Source: the human T2T-CHM13v2.0 reference genome, Homo sapiens
Direction: 5' to 3' (one strand)
NCBI RefSeq assembly: GCF_009914755.1
Contig: NC_060940.1
Length of the DNA stretch: 64,000 bases
A program made the translations under genes and the position numbers. The notes beneath the pieces are model-generated. The model was not told the DNA's origin. It searched no databases and was given only the letters and a program-made list of their open reading frames with translations. Of the stretch, positions 31,880-47,609 are shown in pieces. Numbering within the stretch: position 1 is the first letter of the stretch; every line of letters begins with the position of its first letter.

Positions 31880-33227
31880 TTAATGTTTTATATATTGGGC
31901 TTTCGGGTAAGTTTTTATTTCAAAAGAACAGTCCCACTGTTGCCTAACACTTAGAAAACCAGTGGGTTAGATGATCCTTTATGTTCCACTTGACTGAAGT
32001 CTTGGTGGGGCAGTGTTTTGAAGATCAGTGATGCTGAGACAATGTCTGTCTTAATTGGGTCCTTTTTAAAAATAGAAAGGTCAGTACCCAAGGGTGGTTT
32101 TGTTTGCAAAAAGCTAGTGGCCACTCAATAAATGTTTTCTAAGTGTGTGTGTATGAAAGCGAGATGGAGACATGGGATTACACACGAAATGTGTCAATTA
32201 CTTTTCCATTTGGTTTTCTAATGGGAACTCTTTACAGTTGATTTCCGCAAATCCACCAGCATTTGGAGGATTTACTTTAGAAATCAATTAACTAATTTAG
32301 CTATACTGATTAAAAGTTTCCAAAATGAGACTAACTCTGTTCCCAAGGTCCCCAGGTGCTACTGAGTTCTGCATGTGGGTGGATAGAATTCAGGAGCATT
32401 AACAGGAAAGTGTCTCTGGGAGATTCCTGGGGGCCAGATACTCCTGGAACAGGAGATTTCTAAAATGGCGTGATTGAGAGATTAAACAAAGGCTTTAAAA
32501 AGTCTGCTTTGTTTGGAAGTGCAAGGGAGGGTTGCTTTGTTTTTTGGCCCCTGCTAATTTTTAAAATGTATCACAAAAATGCCATTTATTGAAAATTATA
32601 AGCATAATCTAATCTACGTGGCTCTTAACCTGGAGTGATTTTTCAACCCTGGGGAATTTGGTAATGTCTGGAGATCATAGCTGGGAGTGGAAGGGTGCTA
32701 TTGGCTTTTCTCAAGTGATCTCGAGTCCCAGTGATCTCAGCTCACTGCAACCTCCACCTCCCAAGTTCAAGCAATTCTCCTGCCTCAGCCTCCAGAGTAG
32801 CTACCTATGTATGTATGCACCTATGTATGTACCCGCTACATAAGCCTTCCAGGCAGGCTGTGACACCACAACCCCCACCCCAGTTTTCCCTTTTGTCAGA
32901 CATTTATGTACTACTTTTTGCAAAGGTCTCTGAAATATACCCAGGAGTATGAGCAACACATCTGTGGTCGAATCCAGTTTCTGCCAAGTATCAGCAGAAT
33001 ATGCCCTTGGGCAAGTTTCTTCACGTCTCTAATTGTAGTTGTTAAGGCTTCTTCGCGATCAGATTGTTGTAAGGAATCAGAGGGTGCTGGGAACTAGACT
33101 AGGTGCCCGTAAGTTGTGGTCACCAATGGTAGCAGCAACCACGAATATTTACTGAGCATACATTGTTGGGGCTCTGTCCAGGCCCCTTCATATTCCTCTT
33201 ACAACCCCAGGGCTTCTGATAACTCAC

Positions 33228-33814
33228 TGTTACCAGATAGGGGGCCTGATCCAGACCCTAAGAGAGGGTTCTAGGATCTCACAGGGTGAGTCCATAAAGT
33301 GAAAGCAAGTTTATTAGAGAAGTAAAGAAAAAAAAGAATGGCTATTCCATAACAGAGCAACAGCATGTGCTGCTGGTTGGCCATTTTTATGGTTATTTCT
33401 TGATCATATGCTAAACAAGGGGTGGGTTATTCATGAGTTTTCCAGGAAAGGGATGGGCAATTCCCAGAGGTGAGAGTTCCTCCCATTTTTAGACCATGTA
33501 GGGTAACTTCCTGACATTGCCGTGGCATTTGTAATCTGTCATGGCACTGGTGGGAGTATCTTTTAACATTCTAATGCTTTCTAATTATCGTATAATGAGC
33601 AGTGAGGCTGACCAGAGGTTACTTTCATTGCCATCTTGGTTTTGGTGCGTTTTGATGGCCTTCTTTACTGTAAGGTCTTTATGACTTGTATCTCAGTCTC
33701 ATCTGGTGACTAAGCATGCCCTAACCTCCTGGGAATGCAGCCCAGTAGCTCCAAGCCTTATCTTACCCAGCCCCTATTCAAGATGGAGTTGCTCTGGTTC
33801 AAACGCCTCTGACA
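33228..33814 (-). mobile_element. MER41B ERV1 solo LTR (intron 3)
   Basis: Reverse complement begins TGTCAGAGGCGTTTGAACCAGAGCAACTCCATCTTGAATAGGGGCTGGGTAA; near-matching 4-bp flanks TCAC/ACAC. Confidence 0.85.
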
Positions 33815-34165
33815 ACACTTGGCAGCTTTCTTCTGAATACTGGTACCCTTGATACTGGAGCCACCTTGCCATGTGTCCTGCACAGAGAGCTGGGAGTGCC
33901 TGTGAATTCACCTCTGGCAAGGTAGTCCTTAACCAGTGACTGACTGGGGCTGGGGAGCATGAAATCCCAGCTCCCTTGTCTCCATGTGGGACAAACTGCA
34001 TATTAATTTACCCTCCAGAACACCCCATGGTGCCCTTGCCAGCCTTCTTCCCTTATGAGTATTGCTCCCCTCTTCCCCTTAACTGTTTCCCCTGGGAGCA
34101 CTTTCTTAAAAAATCACTTGCATCTGAGTCCTTATCTCAGAGTCCACCTGGAAAACTCCATATTC
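33815..34165 (+). mobile_element. LTR16-like ERVL LTR remnant
   Basis: CCTTAACCA.TGACTGA.TGGGG...CCCAGCTCCCTTG..TC...TGGGACAA motif. Confidence 0.55.
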
Positions 34166-34624
34166 AGAGACTAAGCATTTCCCCAATGCCAGGTGTGGTG
34201 TTACGTGCTGGTAGAATGTTGCCTCTGCCCTCGGGTAACTTAATGACCCCAAATTTCCTGCCCCAAGGACATACGAAGTCTATGTTCCTCTTGTCTCCTC
34301 CTGGTCCAAATGTTGACTTTCACTATTATTTTGGTTAATGGTCTGAGTTGTCTCTGTTCCTAAATTTGGTTTCCTGTCTTTGGCTGTCCCTCAGAACATT
34401 CTGCAGGCCGGATAGGTCCCAGCCTCACCATGTGTCTACCTCTCTGGCTTTTTCCACCCACTTCCTCTTGGGATGCTCCAGGAATTCCAGTTCTTCTCAC
34501 TTTCTAATACAAAGGCAGGCAGCTCTTACCAGTTCCCACATCCTCACTCAGCCCCAGGCCTCCCTCTCAGGGTTTCCAGTATAACAAAACAGTCTTTCAT
34601 TTGACAGCACTCATGTTCATTTGC

Positions 34625-34942
34625 TTTTTTACTTTTATATATTTATTTTTATTTTTGAGACTGGGCCTCTCTCTGTCACCCAGGCTGGAGTGCAGTGGCA
34701 TGATCTCGGCTCACTGCAATCTATCTCCGCCTCCCAAGTTCAAGCAATTCTCCTGCCTCAGCCTCCTGAGTAGCTGGGATTACAGGCACGCACCACCACA
34801 CCCGGCTAATTTGTGTATTTTTAGTAGAGACGGGATTTCATCATGTTGGCTAGGCTGCTCTCAAACTCCTGACCTCAGGTGGTCCGCCCACCTCAGCCTC
34901 CCAAAGTGCTGGGATTACAGGCGTGAGCCACCACACCCGGCC
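34625..34942 (-). mobile_element. AluSx
   Basis: Antisense Alu; TSD CACTCATGTTCATTTGC on both sides. Confidence 0.9.
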
Positions 34943-35676
34943 ACTCATGTTCATTTGCAAGCAGTTGTGGTTGTAAATAGAAATCCCTCTCCCATGTAAT
35001 ATATACATGTGTGTTATATAAAGTAGTTCACATATAGTTATATATAAGACACATAATTATATATATATGTGTATGTACTATGAAATTTTTCCATAAATGG
35101 GAATATGTCATAACTAGTATTATATCACTTTACTTTTCTGTTCATAAGTATAGCACATTTTTTTCTTTACTGAGAAGGAAAGATGTCTATCCCATTGTTT
35201 TTAAAGGCTACATAGTATCCTCTTTTATGGATATAACCCTAATTTATATAACCTAAATGCCTATAAAGTGAAGAGTGATAACTTTAGAATTTGGGGCTGT
35301 TGTTGAAACTAATTCTTCAGGTTTATACTTGTGTCTTTTCTTACTGGTAGGAATTTATCATACAGATACACAAATGCAATTCCCAGGTCAAAGCGAACAC
35401 ATTTTTATGATACTGCCAAATTGCCATTCCAAAAGATTGTACTACTTTATGTTCATACAAGAAATCATTTTCAGAGTCATCTCATAGATGTCACCTCAGG
35501 TAGAGCAGGATGACTCCCATTTTAGGGGGAACATAAATTTGTTTCCGGAATAAGCTTTCTTCCCCTTCTCCCAGGTTCGGTGTATTTTCTTAGCTCACCT
35601 AGAAGTGGCATGATTTTAGGATTTGAAGCAGTATCACTTCACTTCTTAATTTGTCTATTTTGTTTTCTGCTTTTAG

Positions 35677-36045
<369 letters not shown>

Positions 36046-36299
36046 TTTACTAGAGCAAGAGACAAAGAACTATTCACGAGGATTCTGTGTGTGCTTATTC
36101 GTAGAACAACAACAGTGCCAGCTGTTGGAATTTGACAGGTGTGAATATTTTTTCTGCAGTATGTAGTTAGAATCCTTGCCTCTTTTCCAGTTGCCTTCTA
36201 TTGTCTGAAAAAGTAAAAGCCATTCAAAAATGAAAACTATGTTCATAGTGTTGCATGTTTTCACCCACAATATGTTAATAATATTTTTCTTACACATAT

Positions 36300-36337
36300 A
36301 ATAAAGAATATCTGGCACATACTAGGCCCTTAATAAA
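36300..36337 (+). terminator. NUDT7: NUDT7 polyadenylation signals (two AATAAA)
   Basis: AATAAA at 36300-36305 and 36332-36337, ~255-290 nt after the stop codon. Confidence 0.75.
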
Positions 36338-36387
36338 GATTTTTTGAATATATAACCATGTGGCATTTACCTTATTTGCAGTAGGCA

Positions 36388-36412
36388 ATATATATACACA
36401 TATATAATATAC

Positions 36413-36443
<31 letters not shown>

Positions 36444-36467
36444 TATATTTATAATATATATATATAA
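36388..36467. repeat. (TA)n/(CA)n compound microsatellite
   Basis: Seen directly just downstream of the poly(A) signals. Confidence 0.85.
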
Positions 36468-36767
36468 TTTTTTTTTTTTGGAGAGAGACTCTTGCTCTGT
36501 CACCCAGGCTGGAGTGCGGTGGCACAATCTTGGCTCAGCTCACTGCAACCTCCACCTCCTGGGTTAAGCGATTCTCCTGCCTCAGACTCCCAAGTAACTG
36601 GGATTACAGGCGCCTGCCACTACACCTGGCTAATTTTTGTATTTTTAGTAGAGATGGGTTTTTGCCATGTTGGCCAGGCTGGTCTCGAACTCCTGACCTC
36701 AGGTGATCCACTTGCCTTGGACTCCCAAAGTTCTGGGATTACAGGCATGAGCCACCACACCCAGCTG
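36468..36767 (-). mobile_element. AluS
   Basis: Antisense Alu. Confidence 0.9.
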
Positions 36768-37303
36768 GCAATATATATATTTTTAATCTGTTGTTACATG
36801 TAACAGAAACTTCTGGTCATCCATCAAAATCTATCTTCCCTGTCTTCTATGGCGGTAGAGTTTAAGCTGGGTCCCCAGCACTCCAGGTATAAACAGCATT
36901 ACTCCGGATCCCTTGCAATTCAAGTTGACTCTGGGACTTACTTTAGGCCAATGGGTTATGGGTGAAAGTTGACTTTCCAGGTCATCTCCAATCTAAGACA
37001 TAAGCCAGTGTTCTTGAGTCCCTTTGGTTCTTTTTTTCCATGAGCTGCAACATGGACTTCTCTGCAACCCAGCCTTGCCCATACAAATGAGGACATTCTC
37101 TGGGGGAATGGCAGAACCGAAAGATGTCAGAGCTTGAATCGATGAATGACTCTGTGGAGCAAAGTAACCTTCTAACCTGGGCTCTTCACTTGGTACTGTT
37201 ACATCAGAAAAGAATAAAATTCTTTATCATCCGTCTGCCACTGTAATTCGGAGTCACTTTTCTATAGCAGAGCTAACCAATACGCTCCAGCACCTGAAAA
37301 TAA

Positions 37304-37677
<374 letters not shown>

Positions 37678-38724
37678 TGACACCTTACATGTGGCTTCTG
37701 GGGAACACATAGGATGCCCTCCCTGGGTGGGAGGTGGGGTTCAGCAATCATCCAAAACAGCTGAAATTGAGGAATATAAGAGGCTTATATGCCTACCAAT
37801 TGGGAGGGATAATGATGTATGTTTCGAGATGATGACGGCAGCAAAATAGTGATTTAAAGCATAAGCCCCAAATCAAAAGACGAAAAGACAGACAGACATT
37901 CTGTAATGCACCCTTGAGATCTTCTACTTCTTATGTGGGTATCTGCCTATATCATGCTTTAGAGTTAGCATGGATTTTTTTGTTTAATTATATTCATCAT
38001 CCTTCATGAGGCCAGAGAGGCAAGTGAGTCAAGCAACCTAACCACAATTCTGTGATGGCGATTTCACATCTTATTGTTGTTATTAGCTTTTTAGAGAGCC
38101 AAACCATGTTTAATAAGACTTTGTTATAGTTGAAAATGTGATGCCCACACCAAACCTATCAATCAGCCATGTGACTGTCCATTGCGGCTGAGTTTTTCTT
38201 TTCTGAGAGTTGGCAAAGGCAAATACCTGATTGGCTGCTTTATACCCATATATGTTTAAATGGCAGAGATCTGGTTCCAACCATGAAAGCAGATGTTGGG
38301 TACGTTACCCCATTAACATTCTGTAACCAGCCCTGCATGAACAGGCCTGAACTATTTCCGAACAATTACAGAAGCATTTGCAAATGTGTATTTACAATCT
38401 GACAGCAGTATAATTGCCGGGTAGATGGTTGACCTCTCCGACAGTGCAGAAAGCCTCCCTTCCAAACTGTTTGTTTATGTGAACTCTCCCAGATCTGCCT
38501 GGTCCAGCTGAAGTCAATCTGAGCACACCCATGGCCACACAATTTATGGGGCTGGATGCTTAGCAAAGGAGGTATTGCCCCCTTCCTTCTTAGTGGTGTA
38601 TTTTATAGTATCTATGTTCAGAGTCTTAGTTAAATATATCTGGCTCAAATAAAATAAGTTATTGGCAAGGTATGGATCTCAGGGACTCTCTGAAGCCACT
38701 GAATAAATCAGCTTCAAGAAGGAC

Positions 38725-39015
<291 letters not shown>

Positions 39016-39378
39016 GGCAGTAAGGAACAAACACAGCTAACTACCTCAAAGCCAGAAGGATGTGAACCTTTTCTTTTGTATCCTGTCATTATTGCTACAA
39101 GAAACATCTTGAATTGATTGACACCGACATAGAAAAACAACAGACACTCAGTGCCTCAGTCCCCAATTCTATCTGGCCTAACATGGGTCACCTGGAAGGT
39201 TTCCAGGAACCCAAAAATATGTTCAAAGGCAAGGGCTAAGTGGGGACTAGATGGACATCCCAAAACATCTAATCTCTCCAGTCCCTAGATTTTATAAATG
39301 CTCTAGATTCTGCCATTCAGACAGCTCAACTCTGTCTTCTTTGCAACCCTGCAATCTTGGTAAAGAAGTGGTTAAGAT

Positions 39379-39723
<345 letters not shown>

Positions 39724-40757
39724 CTAGCTTTGAACCTCAGCTCCAGTGTCAGCCTATTCTGTGACCTTGGGCAAGTTATTCCTTCTCTGTAGATCGCAGT
39801 TTCCTCTTCTTAATGTAGGAGAAATAAATTCTGTTTTAGGGCTGTCAGGGATTAAATGAGTTAACACATGTGACCTCTTTACTTAAAGCATACCAAAGTG
39901 CTCAGAACAGTGCCTGGGAAATAAGTGCCCAGTTACCAGTTGGCTACTAATTATGGTACTATTATAACTGTAACATTATATCATAACAATAACAATAATC
40001 ATTGTTATTTCTCTAGTTCAGAGTTAGACTAACATTTATCTATTATGTACCCAGTCTTTCATTTTATTTCATTGACCCTCACATCAACTCTTTGTAGTGA
40101 GTACATGCTATTATTACTCCTATTTTTAGATAGGAGACCTTGAAGATCAGAGATGCTAGTTTTTTCCTCATTGTCACACAGTTCATAAATGGCAAAGCCA
40201 ACATCCAAACCCACATGCCTGAGTTTCATAGCCCATACTCTTTCTGCTATAACCACATACTTGAAGATGAGGCAAGAATAGAAGGTTAAATTTACGTCTC
40301 CCTTGAGTCACCACATATGAAAGGGAAAACAATTCCAAGTTAATAAACTAGAGAGAGTACAGCATTTATTTTTTCCTTCATCATGTCCTCCAGCTTATTC
40401 AGCTGGTGCTGCACACAGTGAAATGAGTAATTAGCCAGGATGATTTTGATTAAAATGGAACATACCAATTAATAAATGAAAGTGCTGGCATACTTGCTAA
40501 TTTAACAACTTGTTCATGGTGCCAGCTTTCCAGTTAAAGGACTGAGAAGGGAAAACGTTCCTCCACCTCTTAGACAAGATGATTAGATATTATTCAACTG
40601 TTCATTCTTGTTAACAGTTGCTTTCTTATTTGAGAATAGCATGAAGTTTTGTTAAAATTGCTAGAGTGATCATCTCCCAGTCCAGTTGTCTCAGATGTGA
40701 CATACTTGGTGTGGTTCCTAATGGGACCTGTGTGTATACCCAATTAAGATTTTTTTA

Positions 40758-41066
<309 letters not shown>

Positions 41067-42119
41067 TGTTAAGAATTTTTCATTGCCCTCCCATCCCCAC
41101 TCAGCCACCTCCCTGGGCCACGCCACATTGAACACAACTCAGAATTTATGAGCCAATTTCTCCATGCACACTTCTTCAACTACCCCTTACTTTATGTTAA
41201 TAGCATGGACACCACTTCATTGCATTCCTTTGCATATCTGTATAATACATGTGTATCTCTGTGTTTATTCCAGACCTAACCCTGGAAGGGACAGATCCAT
41301 GCACCATAAGACCCCTCACTCTGAGTTCCCCTATCCTCAAATGAATGGACCAAGGATCAATGGCAAACCCATAGGTGGCCCCTAATTCAGTGGCTTATGA
41401 CTTGTATGATCTACTTAAATACCGGATCTAAAGTCCATTCGATTTTCAAAAAACTTTGAGCAATGCCAGAAGGTAACATATGCTTGGGAAATATTTTGGC
41501 CCATGTACATACTGATGAGTGAGCCCAAGAAGTCAGAGTTTAAAGTTAGTTGGCCAATAATGGTAGAAATATGTCTTTGCTCTAAGCAGTAGTTGTCGTG
41601 TCAGGGATTTCATCAGATACAACTGGAAGAAGAATATTTCCTGAAGCAATTTATCCTTCTTAAAGATCTCATACTCAAGCCCATAAATTTTAATTTTATA
41701 GGTGTAGACTTGGTTTAATATTTCCTCAACTATAACTTTCCTCAATTTTCATTTTAAATCTTCAAGCCCTTACTCTCTACTTCATCATGGATGTCAATGA
41801 CATCTCTGTGTCAATTTTTTTCTCTTTTTCACTTATCATTTATGTGAAACTTGAAGTTTTCCTTCCGATTATTTTCTTCTCCTCACTTTCTTCACGTGTT
41901 TCTTCACTCTAGTCTCATTTCATCTTCTTCCATCAGCCTTCAGTTTCAGCTATATTTCACGGATCCCAAACAGCATTCTGAAAATTTGCCTACGTTATTT
42001 TTTCTAACTATAAATCTGTATGGTCTAATATCAGGCTAAATGATAAACTGAAGATAGTGGGAACATTTTGCTAGAACTCTCAACCTGTTACAAACATATA
42101 TTAACCCATCTTAGCCCCC

Positions 42120-42590
42120 TGTAGTGAATTGAATAGTGGTCCCGAAAAGATATGTCCAAATCCTAACTCCAATGCCTGTGAATGTGAGCTTATTTGGAAA
42201 TAAGATCTTTGCAGAGGTAGTTAAGTTAAAGACCTTGAAATGAGATCATCCTAGATTTACGGTAATCCCTAAATCCAATGACTGGTGTCTTTATAAATAA
42301 AAAAAGAGGGAAATTTGAGACACACAGTTGCAAGAGACACAGGGAAGAAGCCATGTGAAGACAGAGGCAGAGATTAGAGTTATGTTGCCGCGAGCCAAGG
42401 AACACCAGGAGCCACCGGAAGCTGGAAGAGGAAAGGAAGGGTCCTCCCCACAGCCTTTGGAGGAAGGGTGATGCTGCCAACGCCTTGATTTCAGATTTCT
42501 GGCCTTCAGAACCGTGAGATAACAAATTTCGGTTGTTTTAAGCTACCAAGTTTGTGGCAAATTGTTAGGACAGCCCTAGGAAACTACACA
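42120..42590 (+). mobile_element. MLT1C-type MaLR LTR
   Basis: TGTAGTG..TTGAAT.GTGG.CCC.AAAAGATATGTCCA...CAGCCCTAGGAAACTA.ACA. Confidence 0.85.
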
Positions 42591-43399
42591 GCCCCCTTCT
42601 GAAACATCTCTTCATTTTGAGAAATAGCTCTGCCCTCTGTCTTGGGATTACCATGGAAACAGGACATTGCTGACCTCCCAGCATAAACTCAGTTAATCAG
42701 ATTTAGTCCCTCAGTAATTCCCTTGGGATTAGTACCAAGCAACACCAGAGTCTGTCTGCCTGCCCTCCGGAAGAGAGCATATGTGGGTGTTTGTGTTCCA
42801 CCATTTGCCCTGGGAAGCAGAGAAAGCTTGTCTGCAACAAGAGAGGAGAACAAAGTCAATGACCAGAATGGAAGAGCAATGAAAGTCAGTCGTGTGTTGT
42901 GAAGGCATTAGAATCCCTGGATGTTTGTTCTTGAGACCCGGATGTTTCCATGGTTTCCATGAAATGCTCCCACCCTTCGTAGTTAAATTCCCTAACGTGC
43001 TTGAGCAAGCTTAGAAAGAGTTCTATAACTTTCACTGGAAAATGTCCTAACATATCACAAACACACGTCTTTATATCCTTCTCTTTTCTCTTTTCTCACA
43101 CCCTTTTACACTATGGGGACCTTAGGTTCTATTCTTTCTTAACTTAGAATGGACCTATCCACATGTAGAGTCTTCTGGAAGTGCAATATGGTATGGTAGG
43201 AAAGACTGAAGACAGAAAACCCAGTCTCCTCTCATCACTAGCTATATGACCCATTGGACAGATTAAGCCCATATGCTAATTGCAAGAAAAATTAGGAAAA
43301 TAGGCATCTGACATTTTCTCCTCCACTGTGAGAGGCAGACCCGGCTAACAAGGAAGAGGATGATGGGAAACTCATTGTCTGCCACATCATGTTTATTAT

Positions 43400-43532
43400 A
43401 TTTTATTTTATAAATAGAAACAAGGTCCTGCTATGTTGCAAAGGCTGGTCTCAAACTCCTGGCTCCAAGCAATCCTCCCACCTGAGCCTTCCAAAGTGCT
43501 AGTATTACAAGCATAAGCCGCCATGCCTGGCC
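43400..43532 (-). mobile_element. FLAM/Alu monomer
   Basis: Single antisense left arm. Confidence 0.75.
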
Positions 43533-43874
43533 TGCCTGCCACATATAGAAGTAAAACTGCTCTGACAGTTAAGTATGTGAGGGGGACAGATTACTGCTTG
43601 CTTGGCTCTTCTCACCTCTCCCCCACCACAGTTGCCCCCATGACTCCTCTATAGACTGCCTTTAGGTTCTATAAGGAACAAAGAGGGACAATGGAGACCC
43701 AAGTCAACTCACTTATGTCTTTGATAACATATGTGTCCTTTGCACCTCTTCTTTGTTGGTCCAGTAAACAGAAGCTAAAGCAAATGTATCAAAGTCTGAA
43801 TCAACATTCCTGGAGAAGCCTTTGGGTCTGGGCTAGCCCATGAGATAACTGTGAAGCTGTCACAAGACACCCCT

Positions 43875-44120
43875 GGCTACAGAGCACCTGTAATGTGGCT
43901 AGTCCAAATTGAGATGCTGTAGGAGTCAAATACACACTGGATTTCAAAGACTTACTATTGGCTACATGGTGAAATGATAATGTTTTAGAGATGTTGGGTT
44001 AAATATAGGGTGAAAATTAATTTATCCTGTTTCTTAGTACTTTTTTGAATGTGGCTACTAGAAAATTTAAATTTACATACATGGCTTACAGTATATTTCT
44101 ACTGGACAGAGTGGCTCTAG
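43875..44120. mobile_element. MER3/MER33-like hAT MITE
   Basis: AATGTGGCTAGTCCAAATTGAGATG...AATGTGGCTACTAGAAAATTTAAA.TTACATA. Confidence 0.7.
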
Positions 44121-44169
44121 ATGACTCATGTGTGGCCAGGACACTAGGACACTGGAGAAGTAATGATCA

Positions 44170-44614
44170 CCCCATGTACAGATACAGTCTGTGTCCTACC
44201 CACATCCTTAGGACTCTACCATTGCAGTGAGCTCCAGATCACTTCCAACAGCCAACATTTGCATCTGTGTTCCTGCAGGCTTTTTCCAAAGCCACAGCAG
44301 GCCAGCTGGAAGTGACAGGGAATTAATGTCCCCTACATTAACCCTCAACCAATGACTGATGGGATTTTGCATATCAGTAGCTCAGGTTCTTTGCCCCTTG
44401 GGTGGGATAATTCTGAGACAGGTGTTCTGTACTTGCTCCCAAACTGAACTAAACTCTGGGTGCCCGCTGTGGTGGCAAGTTTCACACTTCTTTTCATTGG
44501 CTGCCTTCCCTTCTTTGTCTCATTTCTCCACTCCCATAACAATGTGCCCTGTAGATTCCAAATAAATAACTTGAATCTTTGTCTTTAGGTTTCTAGGTAA
44601 ACCAAATTAAGACA
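44170..44614 (+). mobile_element. LTR16-like ERVL LTR
   Basis: CCTCAACCAATGACTGATGGGA...GGGTGGGATAA.TCTGAG; ends AACCAAA.TAAGACA. Confidence 0.6.
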
Positions 44615-44619
44615 CTCCT

Positions 44620-45335
44620 ATATCTAATCCGTCGCCAAATCGTACTGAATTTATCTTCTGAATATCTATCAAATCTAGTTCTTCTCATCTCTACCGACAT
44701 CAACTTAGTTAAAGCTGTCATAAACGTCTGAAAACTTTTGCATCTATCTGGTAACTATTACCCTGCACCATCTCTCTTCTATAGCCAGAGTTATTTTTCA
44801 ATATAAATATCATCATATTTTCTTGAGGCACTCAAATGGCTTCCCATTGTTTTTTATGAAAAAGATGGATGGCTCTTACAAGGCCGTGTCCTGGCTCCTG
44901 TCTACCTATCTGGTTATGTGTAGTACCATGAGCCCCCTCCCTGCTCATCCACTCCTACAGCACTGGCCTGTAGAGGCTCAGTTTCAGTCCATGGGTGCCT
45001 CAGAACTCTTGCACAAGCTGATCCCTCAATCATTTCCCTTTGCCTGGTTACCTCATACTTATTGTTGAAGGATGCCTTCTCTGACACCTTAGCTAGGTTA
45101 GTTCTCCTTGTTATAAGCTCTCTTGGTGCCATGTACCTCTACTTCATAACTCCTGTCATAGTTACAATATGATATCCCCTTGATTCTTTGATTGATGTCC
45201 CCTCATTCTCTGGACTTCAACTTCCATAATGGCACAGTCATGTCTCAATTTTGGTCCATACACAAGAGTACTCTTAGCACTTGGCACAACACTGGGTAAA
45301 GAGTAGATGCTCAATGGATATTTGTTAAATAAAAG
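44620..45335 (+). mobile_element. L2 remnant
   Basis: CTCAAATGGCTTCCCATTG; 3' end AGTAGATGCTCAAT..ATATTTGTT.AAT. Confidence 0.55.
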
Positions 45336-47609
45336 AGTACAACTAAATGAGAAGTAGCTATTTCTACTCAAATAGCTAATTCAGTGGGCTAAGGAAAATT
45401 CAGTCTCTTCCCAACAGACTGCTTGACAAAGGTCAACCTAAGGTGGTCTAGCATTGTTGTAAATCACCCCCTCCTGCATTTACTGTATAAGGTATATAAA
45501 GTGCTCTACCAGAGTGGACATGAGTGAGTGGCTCCTATCTTTAACCAGTTTTTGCCTTGTAACTTAGTTATTTCCATACCTAGCTGTCTTGATGTACTAT
45601 GAACTACCAGAGGAGCAGACTTAGCTCTTCTTTACCCTTCTAGCCTCAATGCTAGCCATATATTTAGGACCCATGCCCCTTCATATCTACAAAAACTTGC
45701 CTTAAATCCCCATTGTAATTCCAGTGGAAAGCTCGATATTCTCCCCAAGATTTATTCAAATCCTTCAGAGAGTACCTTTCTTCTAATCACCTTAGGTTCA
45801 ATTTCCAGCTTCAGTGAATGTTAGTTCTGTATTCTGCATCTTGAGGTCTTTTTCCTTAGTGCCAACCCAAATCCAGGACAGAGACTGCTTCTCCTTGTTT
45901 TTCCTAAAGTAACTTGTATGTAAATCATTGAGTGGCTTTAATTGGAGACACAGGGATATCAGCCAGGTAAACTTTGATTGCAACATAAGAGAGCCAAACT
46001 TAAATTTGAATATTATGTTTTTCTTGTTCTTTAAAAGTCCTGTCCATTCTACCAAGTTGGGTATCAGGCTGATGCTGTATTCCTCCACATGCTTGTTCTT
46101 CCTTTTTGCTTTTCTCTTTGCTCCCACCACCAAAATGACATTCATTTCCTTTTCAGAGGATGGTGTCTATTTGGCTCCATGCATCTCATGCCCACTAGGA
46201 CCCACCTTCCACATTCAATAAGCTCAGCAGTGAATTTTCCTAAATAAGAAGAGTTTATTTGTGGTACATTGGTTTCAATTACACTTTTTTCTCACTCCAC
46301 TGGATATTTTTTAATGAAATGACAAGGGTCAAATGAGGACAGCCTTCTAGCAAAAGCCATGGGCACTGAATTGAAAAAAACATGCTGTGCAAAACACATT
46401 TGGTGGGTGAATTCATTGATCCAGTAATGAGCTTGATGAGCCTGAGCCTGAGTTGCAGTGAGGGGGGTGAATGATAAGATCAGGAGTGGGACTTGGAGGA
46501 ATAAGCTGCATTTAGGAAATGAGCAGAAGAAAGGTAGAGCTAAGGCCATGAGGGCCAGAAGAGACGACTGGGGAGCAAAGGACGTAGGTGAGGGAGGAGG
46601 AAATGAAGAATTTATACTGAAGGAACAACAAGGATGACTTTTAGGAGGAGGGTGGTGAATGGAAGAACCCTGAGACAAAGGAAGACATCACCAGCCAGGG
46701 GAGGTAGGCATTGCCCCTAGTACTGTCCATAAATATGCTCTGTAACCTTGCAGACAGAAATCACAATCTTGCTGAACCTCAGGTTCCTTACGTATAAAGC
46801 GGATTGGAACTAGTTAATCTCTAATTCCTTTTCCTTTTGAAATCTCCAATTCTGGGTTTTCCCCAGCCTCATTTAAGCATATCCAGGTAATGAAGCCATT
46901 CTGCTTAATGTTTTACAAAGGAAAAATCTGACTGAGGAAAAGAAAAGGATCACTTTTTGTCTACTGTTCGAAGCTAGCAGCATGCATAGAGTTTATTATG
47001 TGAAAATGCCATTTGGGGAGGTTAATTAAAAATTCTGACATTCAGATCAGGGATTTGGGTCAGGAATGTACAAGTCCAGGGCTCTGGGTAGAATTAGACA
47101 GGCATCTAAACATTGAACCTTATTAAGTATATAGTTAGGCCTTAGGAAGGGGACATTTGGAAGCTAATATTCCAAACCCAAGCCTAGTTGGCTTTGTGCA
47201 TTTTGTTTGAATTATGACATATTTAATAGGATTTACCTGCAGAGCCTGTGCTTAACAATCTGTTTCCTTGGCAATGCAATCCTCAAACGGGCAAAGGCCA
47301 TATGGAAAACATGGGTTATTTGGTAATTTAATAAGTGAGATGAGAGGAATAGTATTTAATTCAACGTACATATTTTTATCCCCTCTATGTTCAATAAGAA
47401 AAAAAGAGATCAGCATTAAGTACATAGCATGTACTTAATAAGTGGAAAGTACAATTATTATTATCAGAAACAATTTTTGTACTATGCTTTATATTATAAT
47501 AGGTGCCCAAACATGTTATGCTATTTGTCCAAAAACACTCACCAGACAAAATAATTCTTCTTAGTAGTCCCAGAGGCGTTATGCTTCAGTTTGTTTTTCT
47601 CCCTCTTTG

